A stretch of DNA of 62,471 nt, counting the filler, from Choristocarpus tenellus KU-1152 (taxonomy: Eukaryota; Protista; Phaeophyceae): NCBI GenBank assembly GCA_964200185.2. It is 10 parts of 10 records of this genome, joined end to end, with 100 filler letters (N's around TTAATTAATTAA, not from the genome) between each part and the next. Parts side by side here need not be neighbours in the genome. Positions count along the whole stretch, not along the records: positions 1 to 3,055 come from CAXNAD020022638.1; positions 3,156 to 6,351 come from CAXNAD020021626.1; positions 6,452 to 10,767 come from CAXNAD020015143.1; positions 10,868 to 16,707 come from CAXNAD020009630.1; 6 more parts are not named here. One strand, 5' to 3'. The position numbers and the translations under genes were made by a program. Below the pieces are notes generated by a model. The model saw nothing but the letters and a program-made list of their open reading frames with translations. It was not told where the DNA came from and searched no databases. Positions 1-13,585 of the stretch are shown in pieces (position 1 is the first letter of the stretch; every line of letters starts with the position of its first letter).

Positions 1-3000
1 GCTAATAACGACATGTATATATCTAGTTTTCATTGGTTTCCCCCTGACACATCTGCAAAATGTCAGAGGGCATAATAATAAAACAGTAGAGATCATCAAC
101 AATGAATAGAGAAATATTGTGTAGAGAATCAACACGAACAATATACTTGAAACCGTGGTCTGAAAGGCATCGTAATATAATAGAGAACAAAAGAAACAGG
201 ACCAATATGTCAAAAATGCAAATACATTTTCAGCCATTAAGTCCACATCGACAAGAAAAATATAGAAACAAAAGGAACAGCAATCAAGGATCAGGTACAG
301 CATCAAGGACCTTAAATTGATTCAAAAGATGCGCAAAATATTATGTACATGCAATTCGGAACATCTAGCTAGGTTAATTCCTTACACCCGCTAGATACGA
401 AGTACTACCATCAACACCAAGAAGAGTATCGTAGGCTGAGCAAAGAACACAGTTCCCTTCCTCCCCAAAGCAGAAAAAGGCAAGGTCAGTAGATATCATC
501 GCACGTAGTTGGTGGTGGCCAAGATCACTTTCATGTGACGGGCTGTGACTGCTTCGTCTCCAGTGGTATGCCAGACGTTCATGGAGCTTTTTATTCCAAC
601 CTCTCCACCACGCATCTGTGTCACCTGGTTGCTCTTGAGTTTTGTGCAAGTGAAACCTAACGATCAATTGTGATATCAATAGCCTTAAGATCATCTTGGA
701 GGCACCACCATCAGTTACTCTCTGGATCTCCCTTCTCCCCGTTTGATTTCTCACCTGTGAGCTTGGTGTGGAAGGCCACTAAGTCATTAAGTCGCTTAAA
801 ATAGGCGCTTCAAAAAGTTTAAATTCTGATAAGTAAGAACATTTTGGGAGGGTGTTGGGTATTGGGTACAAAAGAGGATCTAACTTCGACCCACCACCTC
901 TATATTTCCTTTAGTTTGATCTGAGAACCTACCTCCTTGAGATTATTCTAAACCTGTGAAGTAAAACTCTACTCAGTGAATACTTGAATTATGAAATTGG
1001 AGAGGTAAGTCTTTGGGTTTCATTGGCCATAGTATAGGAGGGGAAAACATCGCTGCTGATAAGTGGTCAAGATGGTTTAATTTTTCGTTTTCTTGCTTTG
1101 GTATCTGTTGAATAATGGATGATATGTTGTTGTGACGATAGAGTGTATAGGTCTAGGTATGTAGGGCTGGTTAAGGAAGGTAGGGAGAAGAGAAGCACAC
1201 CTTTACAGAATGGAATGCTTACCGAGGACCCTACACCCTGCCTCAATTTCAATTCAAATATTCTGTAACTATTTCATTTTTCATCCTTGATGATTCTGTT
1301 TGTTTTCCAATGCGAGAAATAATAGTTCGACAAGGTGGACCACAGTGGCCCTTCGTCGAGATCCACCACACTTATTGACTTCCTCACTCTACTCTTTGAC
1401 GAAGTAGAAGATTATATCCTACCTGAGCGAATTTCACCTATATGGTAGGAAAATCCGCCAATAAGAGCAATTGCAGGGTTCGCAGCTATCACGTGTGTCC
1501 AATCGAAGAATAGTGTGAACTTGGGCCCCTTACAAGCTTTACTGCGAGGTTTTTTTAACCACAGCGGAGAGAAGCCGTGTTGCAAACGCTCCCACAGCGG
1601 ACCATGATGGGATATGTAGGTCCAATCTACAAGTTTACAAGCTGTTGATTAGCCACGCAGACGGTTCCAAAATGGAAAAATCATCTAATGTGAGGAATCT
1701 CTCACTTTGATTGATCACTTTGTGATTTGATTGGGGTATATAGAAAGAAGTGAGATAAGAAGAAGCAATGAATGGTATCACAAAGACAAAAAAAAATCAA
1801 TAAGAACAACCAATAAAATCTACAACTTCAGGTCAGGCATCCACAACCATCAGGATCTGATAACCCCTCCCCCATCCGAATTCTGAAAGAGTGGGGTCCC
1901 TTTAGCACCACTGGCTGGGCTCTGTATACTTATGGTGGAGCCGAGGGTATGGCCTTTGATGTATGCCAACCTCGTATATCTCTTCCCCCTCCTTTATTGT
2001 GATTCAGTCATGACGGTGGGAAGACCAGCTCAAATACGTCCAAAATGCTGTATTTGCATTCTATGTGTACTCTCTGCTACTCGAAATCTATACTACTCAC
2101 GGCCTATTGTAGCAGTCAGCAAAGGCTACAATGGTAGTCCGTAGCACTGAGTCACGGTTCGTTGCACTACAGAGTGTTCTGTAGCACTATGCAGGTACTT
2201 GCATAGGAGGTCGGGGGGCGTATGCATCGTGTCCATATTTTCCTTTTGTGAGACCCCTTCCGCATAGTACACACATATTAACTATATATATTATTGTTAG
2301 CACCACATAAGTGTGAGGGATGCCAGGTCCATGGTCGAAAATGTAGTCCAAAGAACGCAATAAAACCTGGATGAGAAAACGCAACAAGGACAACAAAAGA
2401 AATAAAACCAGCGAAATAAAATAAGAATAAAAAGAGAAGAATAATAGCACACACAGGTCCAAAACAATAATCACCCCAAGAAAAAAACGAGGGAAAGCCA
2501 ACAAAGGAAATGGAGAAGGTATGCAAAAGTATATCAACCCCCCCCAAAAAAAACATTCAGCAGATGGTGATAGAGGTGGTGTCGGTGGCATGGGCAACCT
2601 TAGCTGCTGGTTTGGCGTGACTTACGTTTGCTAATACAGCTTCCTCGGAATGACACTAATGCATGAAGCTTTGTCGTGCTATCAGCTACTCAACCATACT
2701 ACTTCTGTTGGTTGGTGGTCCTTGTGTTCCAGCCCTCAACAGCAGCCCCAAAGTTCTCAATGTCCTCTTGGAGGCATGCCCATCAGTTTTCTCCTGCCCA
2801 TTGCTTCCACTCTCCAGCCGCAAGCTCCCCAAACATCTATACCATGCGTACAACTGACCCAACAAATTGGAGTATCTGCTTGTGCGCCGTTGCCTTGATA
2901 TTCTCACACCCAGTCTTCACAAGAGTATTTTGTAGGATAGGATATGATCAGTTCGCTCTCCCGGTCCAAAGTATCTTGGGGGGGGGGGTGGCAGCTCTCT

Positions 3001-3055
3001 ATTTGGGGTCAATTCTTTCATGTCACGATTTTTTTGTGATTTGGTTGCATACGCC

Positions 3056-3155
3056 NNNNNNNNNNNNNNNNNNNNNNNNNNNNNNNNNNNNNNNNNNNNT
3101 TAATTAATTAANNNNNNNNNNNNNNNNNNNNNNNNNNNNNNNNNNNNNNNNNNNN
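3056..3155. other. Artificial scaffold spacer N-TTAATTAATTAA-N (first of nine; others start at about 6352, 10768, 16709, 26941, 39205, 46995, 50524, 58407)
   Basis: An identical 100-bp structure with a central six-frame stop linker recurs at every gap. Confidence 0.97.
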
Positions 3156-3654
3156 CATCCTCATAGTCCCGCGCCTTCCTCAATTTTGAGGATCCCCTGT
3201 TAGTTGTACGTTGATTGTTGATTATTATTTCTTTCATGGCTGCCATTGATCTCTCACAATGTACCAAGCTCACTCTGCAATAAGTGTACCAAACGCACGC
3301 ATGGATGTAATATAATCAGAGTTAAAACCATCCGCGGAAACCCTTGCCAGTCAAGGTAACAAGCCTCTCCACAGAGCATGGACTTCTTTCGTTGAGTATC
3401 TCGTGAAAGAACACTTGAATTCACATCACATCATTCTGGATTGAGCAACCGAGAATACTGATTTTACATCACATCATTCTTGACTGAGAGATGAATGACC
3501 TCAGTTACAACAGAATAAATACATCAGTGCTTTACAGCACAATCACATCTATACATAACATAGACTACGCATATCACTCATCGGTGCTTTGCAACACCAT
3601 GTTTCCTCATCACTCATAGTCTACGCATTTTGCTTGCATCTACGATGCATTCAA

Positions 3655-4012
3655 TTCAGGTTTCAACACATTTCCCATTCATCTGGGTAGAATGAAGCAT
3701 TACTATCCTCAAGTCCAACCTCCCACTCCAGATTTGAATTAACTAGATTATTTGTTCCTGGGAAAACCATTACCATATCTGGATGTAGACCATCAAATCT
3801 CTCAACCTGTTATTGGCCAATACACTATTGATAGCATTGTTGGACATAGACCTGGTCCTGATCGTCGTTCGTACACTACTACTGTCATCTATCGCTTTCG
3901 TCTTTGTGGTTATGGGCCGTCTTGTGATCTTCACGAAAGAATAGAACAGATACCACAATTCCGTGAAATGATTGCAGCCTATCGTGCACTAAATGGATTG
4001 GATAATCAGTAA
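3655..4012 (+). mobile_element. Ty3/Gypsy (chromovirus-like) integrase C-terminus plus chromodomain, decayed
   Basis: HLGRMKHYY (end of integrase) is followed by YTIDSIVGHR...YRFRLCGYGPSCDLHERIEQIPQFREMIAAY (chromodomain pattern). An in-frame stop lies upstream, and a purine run GGGGGGAAA at about 4128 could be the PPT. Confidence 0.7.
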
Positions 4013-4139
4013 AATTCTCGTCCTACACAGTGTTGGTTTGAGAATTCGTATTTACGGTTTATCATGCTCCCTTCAATAGTCTGTATATTTTTATTATTAT
4101 GCCCTCTGACATTTTGCGGATGTTTCCGGGGGGAAACCA

Positions 4140-4800
4140 ATGGTAACTATACACTTGTCAGTAAGCCCCGAAGAAATAAAATCTCATAAATGTGAAAGAC
4201 ACTAATCCATTTGTTACTTCACACCAAGATCTATGTTGTACTACTGCTTTCCTGTGTCTCCAATCTGTTGAAACCTGATTTCGTATGAATTGTGTGTTGT
4301 TGTGATGTGTCTGTGGTTTGTGACGAAGGAGGTCATAGTGCAACAAAGCACCGTTGAATTTGTTCCGGTAGGTCTGATGACATGTTGTATTCAGTCAGAC
4401 AGTGTTCGAAGTGAAGGTATGTTTGGTTGCGCTGTGATTAGCATGGTTAGAGGCAAGTGTGTGTCAAAGTGCAACAAGACACCTGCGGATACGGTTTGAT
4501 ATGTCTGAAGAGATGCCTTGCCCAATCAGACTTTGGTTGAAGTGAGAAGGGTACTGGTGTGTCTATAGCATATTTTACTTAAGCAGTGATTGATAGAAAC
4601 TGTGTGGTCATTCATTGAGACAATTCAAATGAAGAAATTCATCCTCTGTGAAGAGGGTTGTCACCTTGTCAGAGAAGGATTTCGAACGATGGTTTTAACT
4701 CTGTTTACATTGCATCCAGGCGTGTGTCTTTAACGTGTTGCAGAGTGGTGGCACGTCTTATTGAGGGGCTGTCACTGAAGTAAAAAATAAGAATTAACAC
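4140..4800 (+). repeat. Putative LTR downstream of the chromodomain ORF
   Basis: It follows the PPT-like tract. Its 5' part recurs at about 55620-55750, and its 3' part (4600-4790) recurs inverted at about 3225-3415. Confidence 0.45.
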
Positions 4801-7800
4801 ATACATGCTATGCAACTGATAACTTGTGTGAAAAGAGAAGAAATGACAGGAAGAAAAAAGAAGTCAAGCTTGGATCCATATCTAATGTAAAACTACTGTC
4901 ATACATCTTCTGAGTGAGTTGTGATGATGAGCTAATGAGCTTATGATGTAAATAGGAATAGCAACCATTGTAATGTACAAATCAACGTTCAGTATGGACT
5001 GACGCTGCTGTATCGTATCAAAGCAAACCGAAAGAGTAGCCTATGTTTTAACGCCTTCGTCGGACTGAAAGAAGTGGGACACTACTAAAGGAATATGACA
5101 TACGGCTACGAACAGAAATGACAGAAATGATAAATGAAAGAGAAGTCGAATCAAAAGGTAAAACAACTACAGAAGAATGGAGGGAAAAGAATGTCAATTC
5201 CAAGTGAAAAGGAATCTTGATTGCGTGCAAATAAAAAAAGGTGATGATGATGTTTGTCGTTGGTGAAAGATAGTACAATTCTATAGCGATACAAAAGCTG
5301 CATTGTACAAGGGCAAGACTCACAATGGTTTGGGTACCATGGGGGATGCGCATGTTTTGTTGGCTAGCATGTCACACCCTTTCGCTGCCTCAGCTGAAAC
5401 CTCGATCGTTAGGCAGGAACTAGGACTACCTCGCCAGAACAGGACCTCCATGGACGATGAGGTATCAAGTCAAACTTCGCAGCCACACCAAGATTTTGTC
5501 AACAGTGTACTGCAACCCTCGCATCGATGCTTCAAGTGGTTTAAACCCAGAACTCCTCACCCGCTGTCTGTACTGCCGAAAACAAACAACCTGCTTCGGT
5601 TCCTGCGAAATGCGGATCTCGTTTATTCCAAAAAGCAATGCATCAAAACCCGTTCGACCAGTCACATCCGTTCCCCAGCCTGTGCTTCGATCCCCACTTG
5701 CTTTAGCCACTGACAGGGTGAGCGATAGAAGTAGACACCATCCGGACAAAGACCTACCTCCATTGCTCAATCCACTGAGGGATGTCCAGGGAGGGGACGG
5801 GAGCTAACACGGACTATGGCAGAATGCTCTTTTGTCACAGGACGCTCACTAGCACTATCCAAGATGGTTTGAATGCACTGGTCACCTTCGTTTGGCGTTT
5901 CTTGTGTTTTCCATTTTTCTTTTTGATTGTGAATTCCATTTTCCACAAACTGATTTGCGTAGTACATTTTCTATCACCAACGGACAAAAAACCAAAGTGG
6001 ATTTCATTTTGTGCACTCTATACTCTTCACGAAAAATATTTCAGCAGATCATTTTCTCCACACTATGTGAATGTCTGTTGTGAGGGGTGCAAACAATCAA
6101 TGTGCCATGCTTTCACGCTGTCTGCAGTGTCCCTAGGGTCCTGCACATTGAGGATGAGCGAGACACGGATTGGTGTGCGGAAAGTGCACATTTTTTTTTT
6201 TATGTTGCGGCACTTTTGGAAGGCCCCGCTACGAATGGGAATCCATCCCGACGAAGGTGGTAGTAGGACAATGTGTGGGGGGCGGCAACGATTTCATTTG
6301 ATAGTTGTGAACATGTATGCCCTGCGTTGGCTTGCTTGCTTGAATTGAAAGNNNNNNNNNNNNNNNNNNNNNNNNNNNNNNNNNNNNNNNNNNNNTTAAT
6401 TAATTAANNNNNNNNNNNNNNNNNNNNNNNNNNNNNNNNNNNNNNNNNNNNTGCTCTATTCGCCTGTAACAGTTATAGCTCACGTGCTTTTACGAGCTCA
6501 TATTGACAAGTGGTAGGAGCTTACCCTCATGCATGGTAAGGTCATGATCTATTTTTGAGTTTCTGCGTGCATATATTTGGCGTAGACCTTCCCTGGGTCC
6601 GTGTTCACACTGAATGACACTCTGAAGCACCATAGGCGTGCGATGTGGGGAAGAACTCTGAGGATTGTGATTGTGCCTTAACATGGGCTCTTCCTCGAAC
6701 TAGCTGTAGCACAGAGCTGGTATCTGTTTTCCTCGTTAGCCATGTCAAAGATTCTTTCCTTTGCGCTCCTTCTTTTTTGTGCTTGCACATGTATTTTGAT
6801 TTCCATACTCTCTTCGTATATTCCTTTCACGTCAATTTGTTGTCAGATATATCCATTTTTTTTGTTCTACTCTCTTTTGGTGTTAGTCTTTGCCAATACG
6901 GGTCGAAGTATGTATGCTGTTCCTTCGATTGACCATAGACACTTGCAACATGAACGGAAATTATGTGTGATAATAAGACCAACACAAAAATTCAGGGCAC
7001 ACACCTCAAAAAGGATGTATACGATATGAAGAGAGTAGAGTGAAACGAAATTTCTATGTGGTCTCAATTGAAAAAAGACTCTTCTAACCAACCAAACAGG
7101 ATGCAATTGCATACTATTTCTGATCTACACAATTTCAGGGGTTATAGATGTGTGTGTATAGCCCCAACCCAACTCCTTAGAGTCTTCAATGTTGTCTGCA
7201 AAGAGTGGTGCTAAGATGAGAAATAGTGAGATTGACTGGGGATGAGAAGCTTGCATAATGAGTACTACCAAAATGATTCAATGCTAAACACAAGCTGATG
7301 AACTGGTTGCATTACTGTTTTTCTTCAATTGTATTTTCACCATATTGAAACCTTGGTATGACTTTGAAGTGCCGTGGCACTGATTAGGTTAAGTACTGGT
7401 TGAGTTTCGATGAGCATATTTAGGTGTGTTTCATATTCCTTGAACACCCACCAGGACGTTCTTCTGTAGGCTGTCACACCCAGATATGACTAACACATAG
7501 CTCATCCCATCTTGACGATTTAGTATCATCTACAGATTGACGACTTTGTATCATCTACAGACAGTATGACATTCACGAGTACACAGTTCAGGTTATTGGA
7601 ATCAACATCCACCTCAATGAATCCTTCTTGGGTTGATGCGGTATCTAGGCTGTTCTGTTGGTCAAAATATCGTATTTTGTATAATGAACCCCACCCATGA
7701 ATGTTTCCACTATTGGACGTCTTCCTCCTCACTCGTCAGGTCACACACCTCCAGGGCATCAGAGGTTACATATCGTCAATGACTAGGTCAATGAAGGCCG

Positions 7801-8552
7801 GATATAGTGCATCAAATAATAGGATCGCTATTAGTGAAACTGATGGTGTATACTCCGCAAATGAACCGTTTATGAGTAGATTAGGATACTTGAGGAAAAT
7901 GTATTGTATCATGACAGTGTAGTATATGGCATAAAGTCAACCCTGATGTACAGGCAACTGGAAACAGTTTTCTGCTTAATTTGTTTGTGATTGAGTCTTG
8001 TTAGTGGAAGTTGCCGCAGTAATCGTCAGCAAAGCACGCTTATCCAGTCATCATATTATAAACTATTTGGGGTAGAAAATTTAGAGGGTATTCTTGTCTA
8101 TGGTTAATACCTTTGAATATGTATGGATTTATTTTAAAGAATGCATATTTAGTTGATGCTACCTGTATATATATAGGACTTTAATGGGTGTCCCAAGGGG
8201 TGAATGAAATCCACCAGTTCATTGCTATCACATACAAGGTTGGAATCATGACACCTGATTTCTAGTACAATGCGGTGGATATGATATGTAAATGCTGAGT
8301 TATGTGATGCGGTACACAACCTACTTGGGTTCCAATCCTGCCTGCTTGAGTTGTGTGTGATGGTACGCAAAGATTTAGTGGAGCTTGCTTCAAAGTCCCT
8401 TCCATCATGTGTACTATTACCCCTCACTCCGTGTAATGTAGGAAACTGTGTGTTGGTACCTATTGCTGGGTACATATTAGCAGTTATGATTGTTTCTTTT
8501 CTTCCCTTGGAAAATGATTTATTTTGATACTTCTTCTCCCGTTCTTGTATCA

Positions 8553-8810
8553 GAGCCAAAGTATCTTAGAGGGTAGAGCCGCGTCCATTTGGGTGCCAAA
8601 ATCCAATCCTGCGATTTCGATGTAATTTTGGCTATCGTGTTTGTTAGGAAGTGTCAATATCCTTGTTCCAGACACAGCTTTTCATAACGTACGCATTTTG
8701 CCTCATATGAATCATTTCGGATTAGGAAAATGTCATAAAACCCTCGAGGGAAGCTAAGCCCCCAATGGACAAACAGGGCAAAACTCGTACATTTTAAGAT
8801 ACTTTCACTC
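8553..8810 (+). mobile_element. MITE family A copy
   Basis: About 258 bp, with TIR GAGCCAAAGTATCTTAGAGGGTA / TAAGATACTTTCACTC; one of at least 7 full copies in the window. Confidence 0.85.
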
Positions 8811-8892
8811 ATCGTAGGTTTAGGTGTTAGGAGTTACCCCAGCCTGCACAGTATGTGTATAGTTTGTAGGGGCAGAGCGAATCTGGGACTGG

Positions 8893-9463
8893 AGGATTCA
8901 TGGAGTGTTGAATTTTCAGGTGATTTAGGACAGACGCAAAAAGTGCTGGAGGGATAATTTTGAAGGTTTCGCGTGACCAGGTGGATCTCTCCAATAAAGA
9001 TAATATACGATTCTTGCTCAAGGAATAACCTAACCCTAACCCTAAGTTCTACTGCAACACTACAAAATTCCGTACGACGTTCATCGCACAATTTCTGAAA
9101 CTGCCCATGCAGAAATAAAGCAATGTGATATCGAAGAATGGCCTCTGAAGAATTGTAACAAGAGGGTTGCGTTCTCCTTGTGACTACAGAATTCATGGGG
9201 TGTTGAATTTTCAGGTGATTTAGGACAGACACAGAAAGTGCTGGAGGAATAATTTTGAAGGTTTTGTGTGACCAGGTGGGTCTCTCAAAAAAATATCATA
9301 TACGATTCTTGCTCAAGGAATCATAAGTTGTACTGCAACACTACAAATTCCGCACGACTCTCATCATAAAATTTCTGAAACTGCCCATGCAGAAATAAAG
9401 CAACGTGACATCGAAGAACCACCTCTGAAGAATTGTGCCAAAAGAGGGTTGTGTTCTCCTTGT
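8893..9463. repeat. Tandem duplication, unit about 290 bp x2
   Basis: ATTCATGG.GTGTTGAATTTTCAGGTGATTTAGGACAGAC...GTT...TCTCCTTGTGA occurs at about 8897 and about 9191. Confidence 0.85.
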
Positions 9464-10663
9464 GAGCATTTCTCAAACATGAAAAATACGAATTTCATGA
9501 TATATTAGAAAAGCTGACTCAAGAGGATAGAGAATAGTAGTTAATAAAACTTAGGGTTAGGGTTGTGGTGCATAGTAAAGGGAAAACCAGTTCGTAGGCA
9601 AAGCTACCATCGCACCACAGTCACTGCTATCCTCCAGGAATAACACAAGTAGTTGCTCAGTGGTGCACACCCCTCTTTGTTTGGTTGTCGCGAATTTCAA
9701 GACCACCGTTGAGGCCTTGTCAGATGTACAGAGTATTAGCAGGAACAAAATTATTTTGAATATGGTGGCGACTTGATTTGCATACAACGTTTTGCCTTTG
9801 TTGGGGGGTAGGCTACTTTCATCACCTACCTGGATACTGTTTTGGGGTGTTCATGTGTGTGGAGGACAACATTGACAGTTCCTGTAAATTAACACAGAGG
9901 TGACAAGCTAGTACATTAAGCTGGAATATATTCAATTTTCAGCTTACTGCACAGCATTGAAACCTTTGTTAACATGTGGTGGAGAACAGGAATGTAATAT
10001 CATTTACCATTGTCACAGTAACCTATGTACTGCTTATGTTTTGTGGAGGTAAAAGCATACAACACAGAGTGAAGGTATAATGTACTTCATGGTATATACT
10101 TGGTACAACACACAGTAGCACCGTATGCAAATATAGTGGTATGATGAATCAGATCAGTGACTGTTAGTAGGCACCATGACACAGTAGGCTAATAACCCAT
10201 TTATAACGTGTTTCAGTGTTGTTCTACCCAACCCAATACCCAGCAAACAGCTCCTGGTACTTTGTCTCATACCAAACGTTTTTCATCATGCGTAAGCATA
10301 TGCATACCAAATTATTCTAGGTAGAGGAGGTGCAGCTCAGGCTGGTATGGCTGGACAGGTAGCTGCACTCAACTAAGACTTCTTGAGGGTTTCCAGGTAG
10401 AACTCCTTCAGCTCACATCCACCAATTTTGCACATTGGTTTGCCATCACACAAGAAGAGGAAAAATGGTCTTCACTGCAGAAATCCCTTCTCTCTGGTGA
10501 GATGTACCATAAAAAATGGTCTTCTATCCATTCTTTTTCCCTTTATCACAGAATTTTTTCTTTTGTAATTTTAATTGGTCGAAGAATCTGTGCGGGGAGG
10601 GGTTGAGCGTCCATTTGGGGACCTTTTTCGGTATGGCGATTTTTGGGTTATTTGGTTGTATGT

Positions 10664-10910
10664 GACCCAACGTATCTGGGGGGGGGGGGGGGGGGGTCTA
10701 CAAAAGAGTGTCCATTTGGCCAAAAACCAGGAAAAGTGCACTTTCTTTTTCCATTCAATGTTTGGAANNNNNNNNNNNNNNNNNNNNNNNNNNNNNNNNN
10801 NNNNNNNNNNNTTAATTAATTAANNNNNNNNNNNNNNNNNNNNNNNNNNNNNNNNNNNNNNNNNNNNCCCCAAATGGACAGCCGCTACCCCCTCCCAGAT
10901 ACTTTGAGCC
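10664..10910. mobile_element. MITE family B ends flanking an assembly gap
   Basis: The left end lies before the N-spacer and the right end after it. Other B ends abut gaps or the window end at 2963-3055, 39305-39321, 58517-58549 and 62456-62471. Confidence 0.7.
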
Positions 10911-12321
10911 AATACGCAGAGAAATATAGATGGCTGGTGAAAGAACATTATTCCATGTTTGGAGAAACAACATGGTCGACAATAATGTAGGTTTCTAATT
11001 GTCAATGGTATAAGAGAGTGTAGGTGTGGTTTCTTATGCTTCCGGTGCTGTTGTGTGATGTCAGTTGACGTTAAGCTTTTAACAGACACCTGCCCTTCCT
11101 CTCTCATCTTTGTGTTGATTGTGATTTCCCTGCAACAATACGACTCCCGAATGATGAACAAAAGACTCTTAGCTTACAGGTTTTACAGGGATGGACGACA
11201 TTTTTTGTCACATATCTGCCGTCTAACACGCTTACCTCACACCTTGTGCTTACTTGGGTAGTCGCAAAGAAGGAATATACACAAGATAAGCAAAAAACAT
11301 CGACCAGCAAGAGCTTTGGACTGCTTTATTTCTTTTGCAGGTCGTTCCTGTGCAACTTCGCTTGTGAATCGTGCCCAGACTGCACACTCATCTTAGCTCT
11401 GCCCCTTTAAAAGTACCTTAGATTTCCCACAGCTCTACCGTAACTGTAGGCTACAACGATAAAGAAAGAACCAGCAGTAGCCTAAGTCAGGTGTCCATGC
11501 CGAGGTTGGTTGCTCCCCTATCTGCTATATCATTTTATAGGGAAACTACTCTACCTTTGTCTGCTAATTCCCAAGGACTCTCTAGTTCAGGCAGTTTCTT
11601 GGAAGTCCATTATAAAGTTCAAAAAGCAAAGTGTCAAATAACTCGGAGTCGGCATATAAATAATAGGTTGCGACCATATGCGATACAAGACAGCTAAGGC
11701 TGTAGACAAGATCCAGAATCTTATTATAGTTGTATTATTTTGTAGGTAGAAGTGTCATTCCCGCGATTCTTACAAACAACAAATCCAGAGTTCTATGCAA
11801 TGGCGCACAGAACGTATGAAAACAACAACAACAACAACTACTACAACTACAACACCCACCATATGAGCAAGCAAGGCCAGCGAGTTGCTCAAGGTGCTCG
11901 TGCTACACACAGTTGACCTCTAGATGAGTGAAGTGGCATAGGGCAACATACCCCCACAAAAATTGAAGTGACAAACAAACTCAACACACTCAGCCAAAAG
12001 CTGTAGTCCGTCATTGGTCCCACCACAGAGACATTTGTCTGTGTATGGAACTGATACCTCAATGCCCCCCTCCAATGCTAATCATGTATACAGAGTCCTC
12101 ATCAGCAAGATGATTCCACCTAACACGTAGAACAAACTTGCAGCAAGAAATTCCACCCCAGATAAGGACCAGCAGCACCTCATCAAATAGCCAATCAATA
12201 TACCCTTTCTCTCCACAAATACATAAGACATATCTGTACAAGCATAGGCAAATATGCGAATGGGTACATATCATCGATACCCCGATAGAACAACACAAAC
12301 GCACAATGCAGCTCAAGAAGA

Positions 12322-13585
12322 TTATCTCAGACTGATGTGAGTATTGGCGTTTACTGATGAATCTTTCCCTCCTCCACGGTGCTCATTCATTTTGTCCTCC
12401 TCCCGGTCACCTTCTTTTCCCTTCAGGTCCCCTTCCTCCTGCTCGAGGCGACCTGGATCCAAGTCCATATTGATTGGGGAGGAGGGGTGTCTGTTTATAC
12501 CGTCATTGTTGTCTCCTTCGCCACCATCACCATCACTGTTGCCTTTTGTAGGAGAGCTTGGAGGTGCTATGGGGATATCAAGAGGTGGGGTGATAGGCTC
12601 AGGCTCCGACTTCGGAAGCACCAGAGTTAAAACTCCGTCCTCTAAGGTCCCTCTGATTCGGGTCGAATCCACACCAGGTCCAATTATGAACGAGAGCTCG
12701 AAGCGATTATCCTTGGTCCTCTCTTCGATATGTTCATCAGCATCACCTCGAATTCTCTCCTCATCTTGCGTATTCTCCTCCTGCTGCTGCTGCTTCTGCC
12801 GCTGCCGCTGCCCCCCATGGTAGTTGCGCTCGCGCGTCCGTACCGCTGACACCTTGAGAATCATGCGCCTATTTTCCTCGAGGACCTGGGCATCAACCTG
12901 GTCCTCCTTGGATCCAGGGACATCGATCGAGAGGGTGAAGGATGATGGAGACTCCCGTAGTTCGTAAGGGGGGGTACGGATCGTGTCTGAAGCGTCATCA
13001 CCCGCGACTCCTCCTGTCATATGGCCACAAGAGCAAGGCAAAATACGGACAAAGGTCTTTTGGATTGTGGCTTCGCAGCTAAGCGACATGAGGAAATTAT
13101 GCGAACTTGGAGGGTTCTCGTTGTGGGTGTAAAATGAGATGTGCTTTTGTCTCCCTTTAGGAGATGTGAGTTGGTGAAATAGAACTCGGTCAACAACGCT
13201 TCCACTACAGAGGAACAGTCCTACGCTTGAACGTTAGGCCACTTCATACATGCTTTCCCTATTTAGACTATCTCTCTACTCCCTACCACTCACCCATCAC
13301 GCTTCGTCGTATATCAGCGATAGCATCGTTGACAACAGATGCACCTACGTCGAAGAGCGAAGACGCTACTGGTACAGATGTTGAGGGTGCGTTGAATGCC
13401 CAGTGGAGCTTCCTGAGTTGCTCTGGAAGGTAGGAAGAAGGCCATTGATCGTGACCATGTCGATGCTTATGCGGAGTGCAGGAAGAAGCTTGGCTGGGTG
13501 TCGGCAAGAGAGCGAGCTGAAGAAACATGAGAGATGGAAGAACGACCCGTAAGTCACGTCTCCTGAGAAAGTCCTTCGAAGCCAT
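12322..13585 (-). CDS. Small heat-shock protein (HSP20/alpha-crystallin domain) with N-terminal signal-peptide-like leader; 2 exons, 13585-13294 and 13013-12322 (about 327 aa)
   Basis: Exon 2 encodes YELRESPSSFTLSIDVPGSKEDQVDAQV...F...VDSTRIRGTLEDGVLTLVLPK, the alpha-crystallin signature. Exon 1 starts MASKDFLRRRDLRVVLPSLMFLQLALLPTPSQA and ends at a GTGAGT donor (13293). The ACAG acceptor at 13014 has the matching phase 1, and the total length of 984 nt is divisible by 3. Confidence 0.85.

Noticed and set aside
3100-3111. Recurrent palindrome TTAATTAATTAA between N runs
   Set aside because: It is an artificial six-frame-stop scaffold linker, not biology. ORFs containing X or ending LIN are artefacts.
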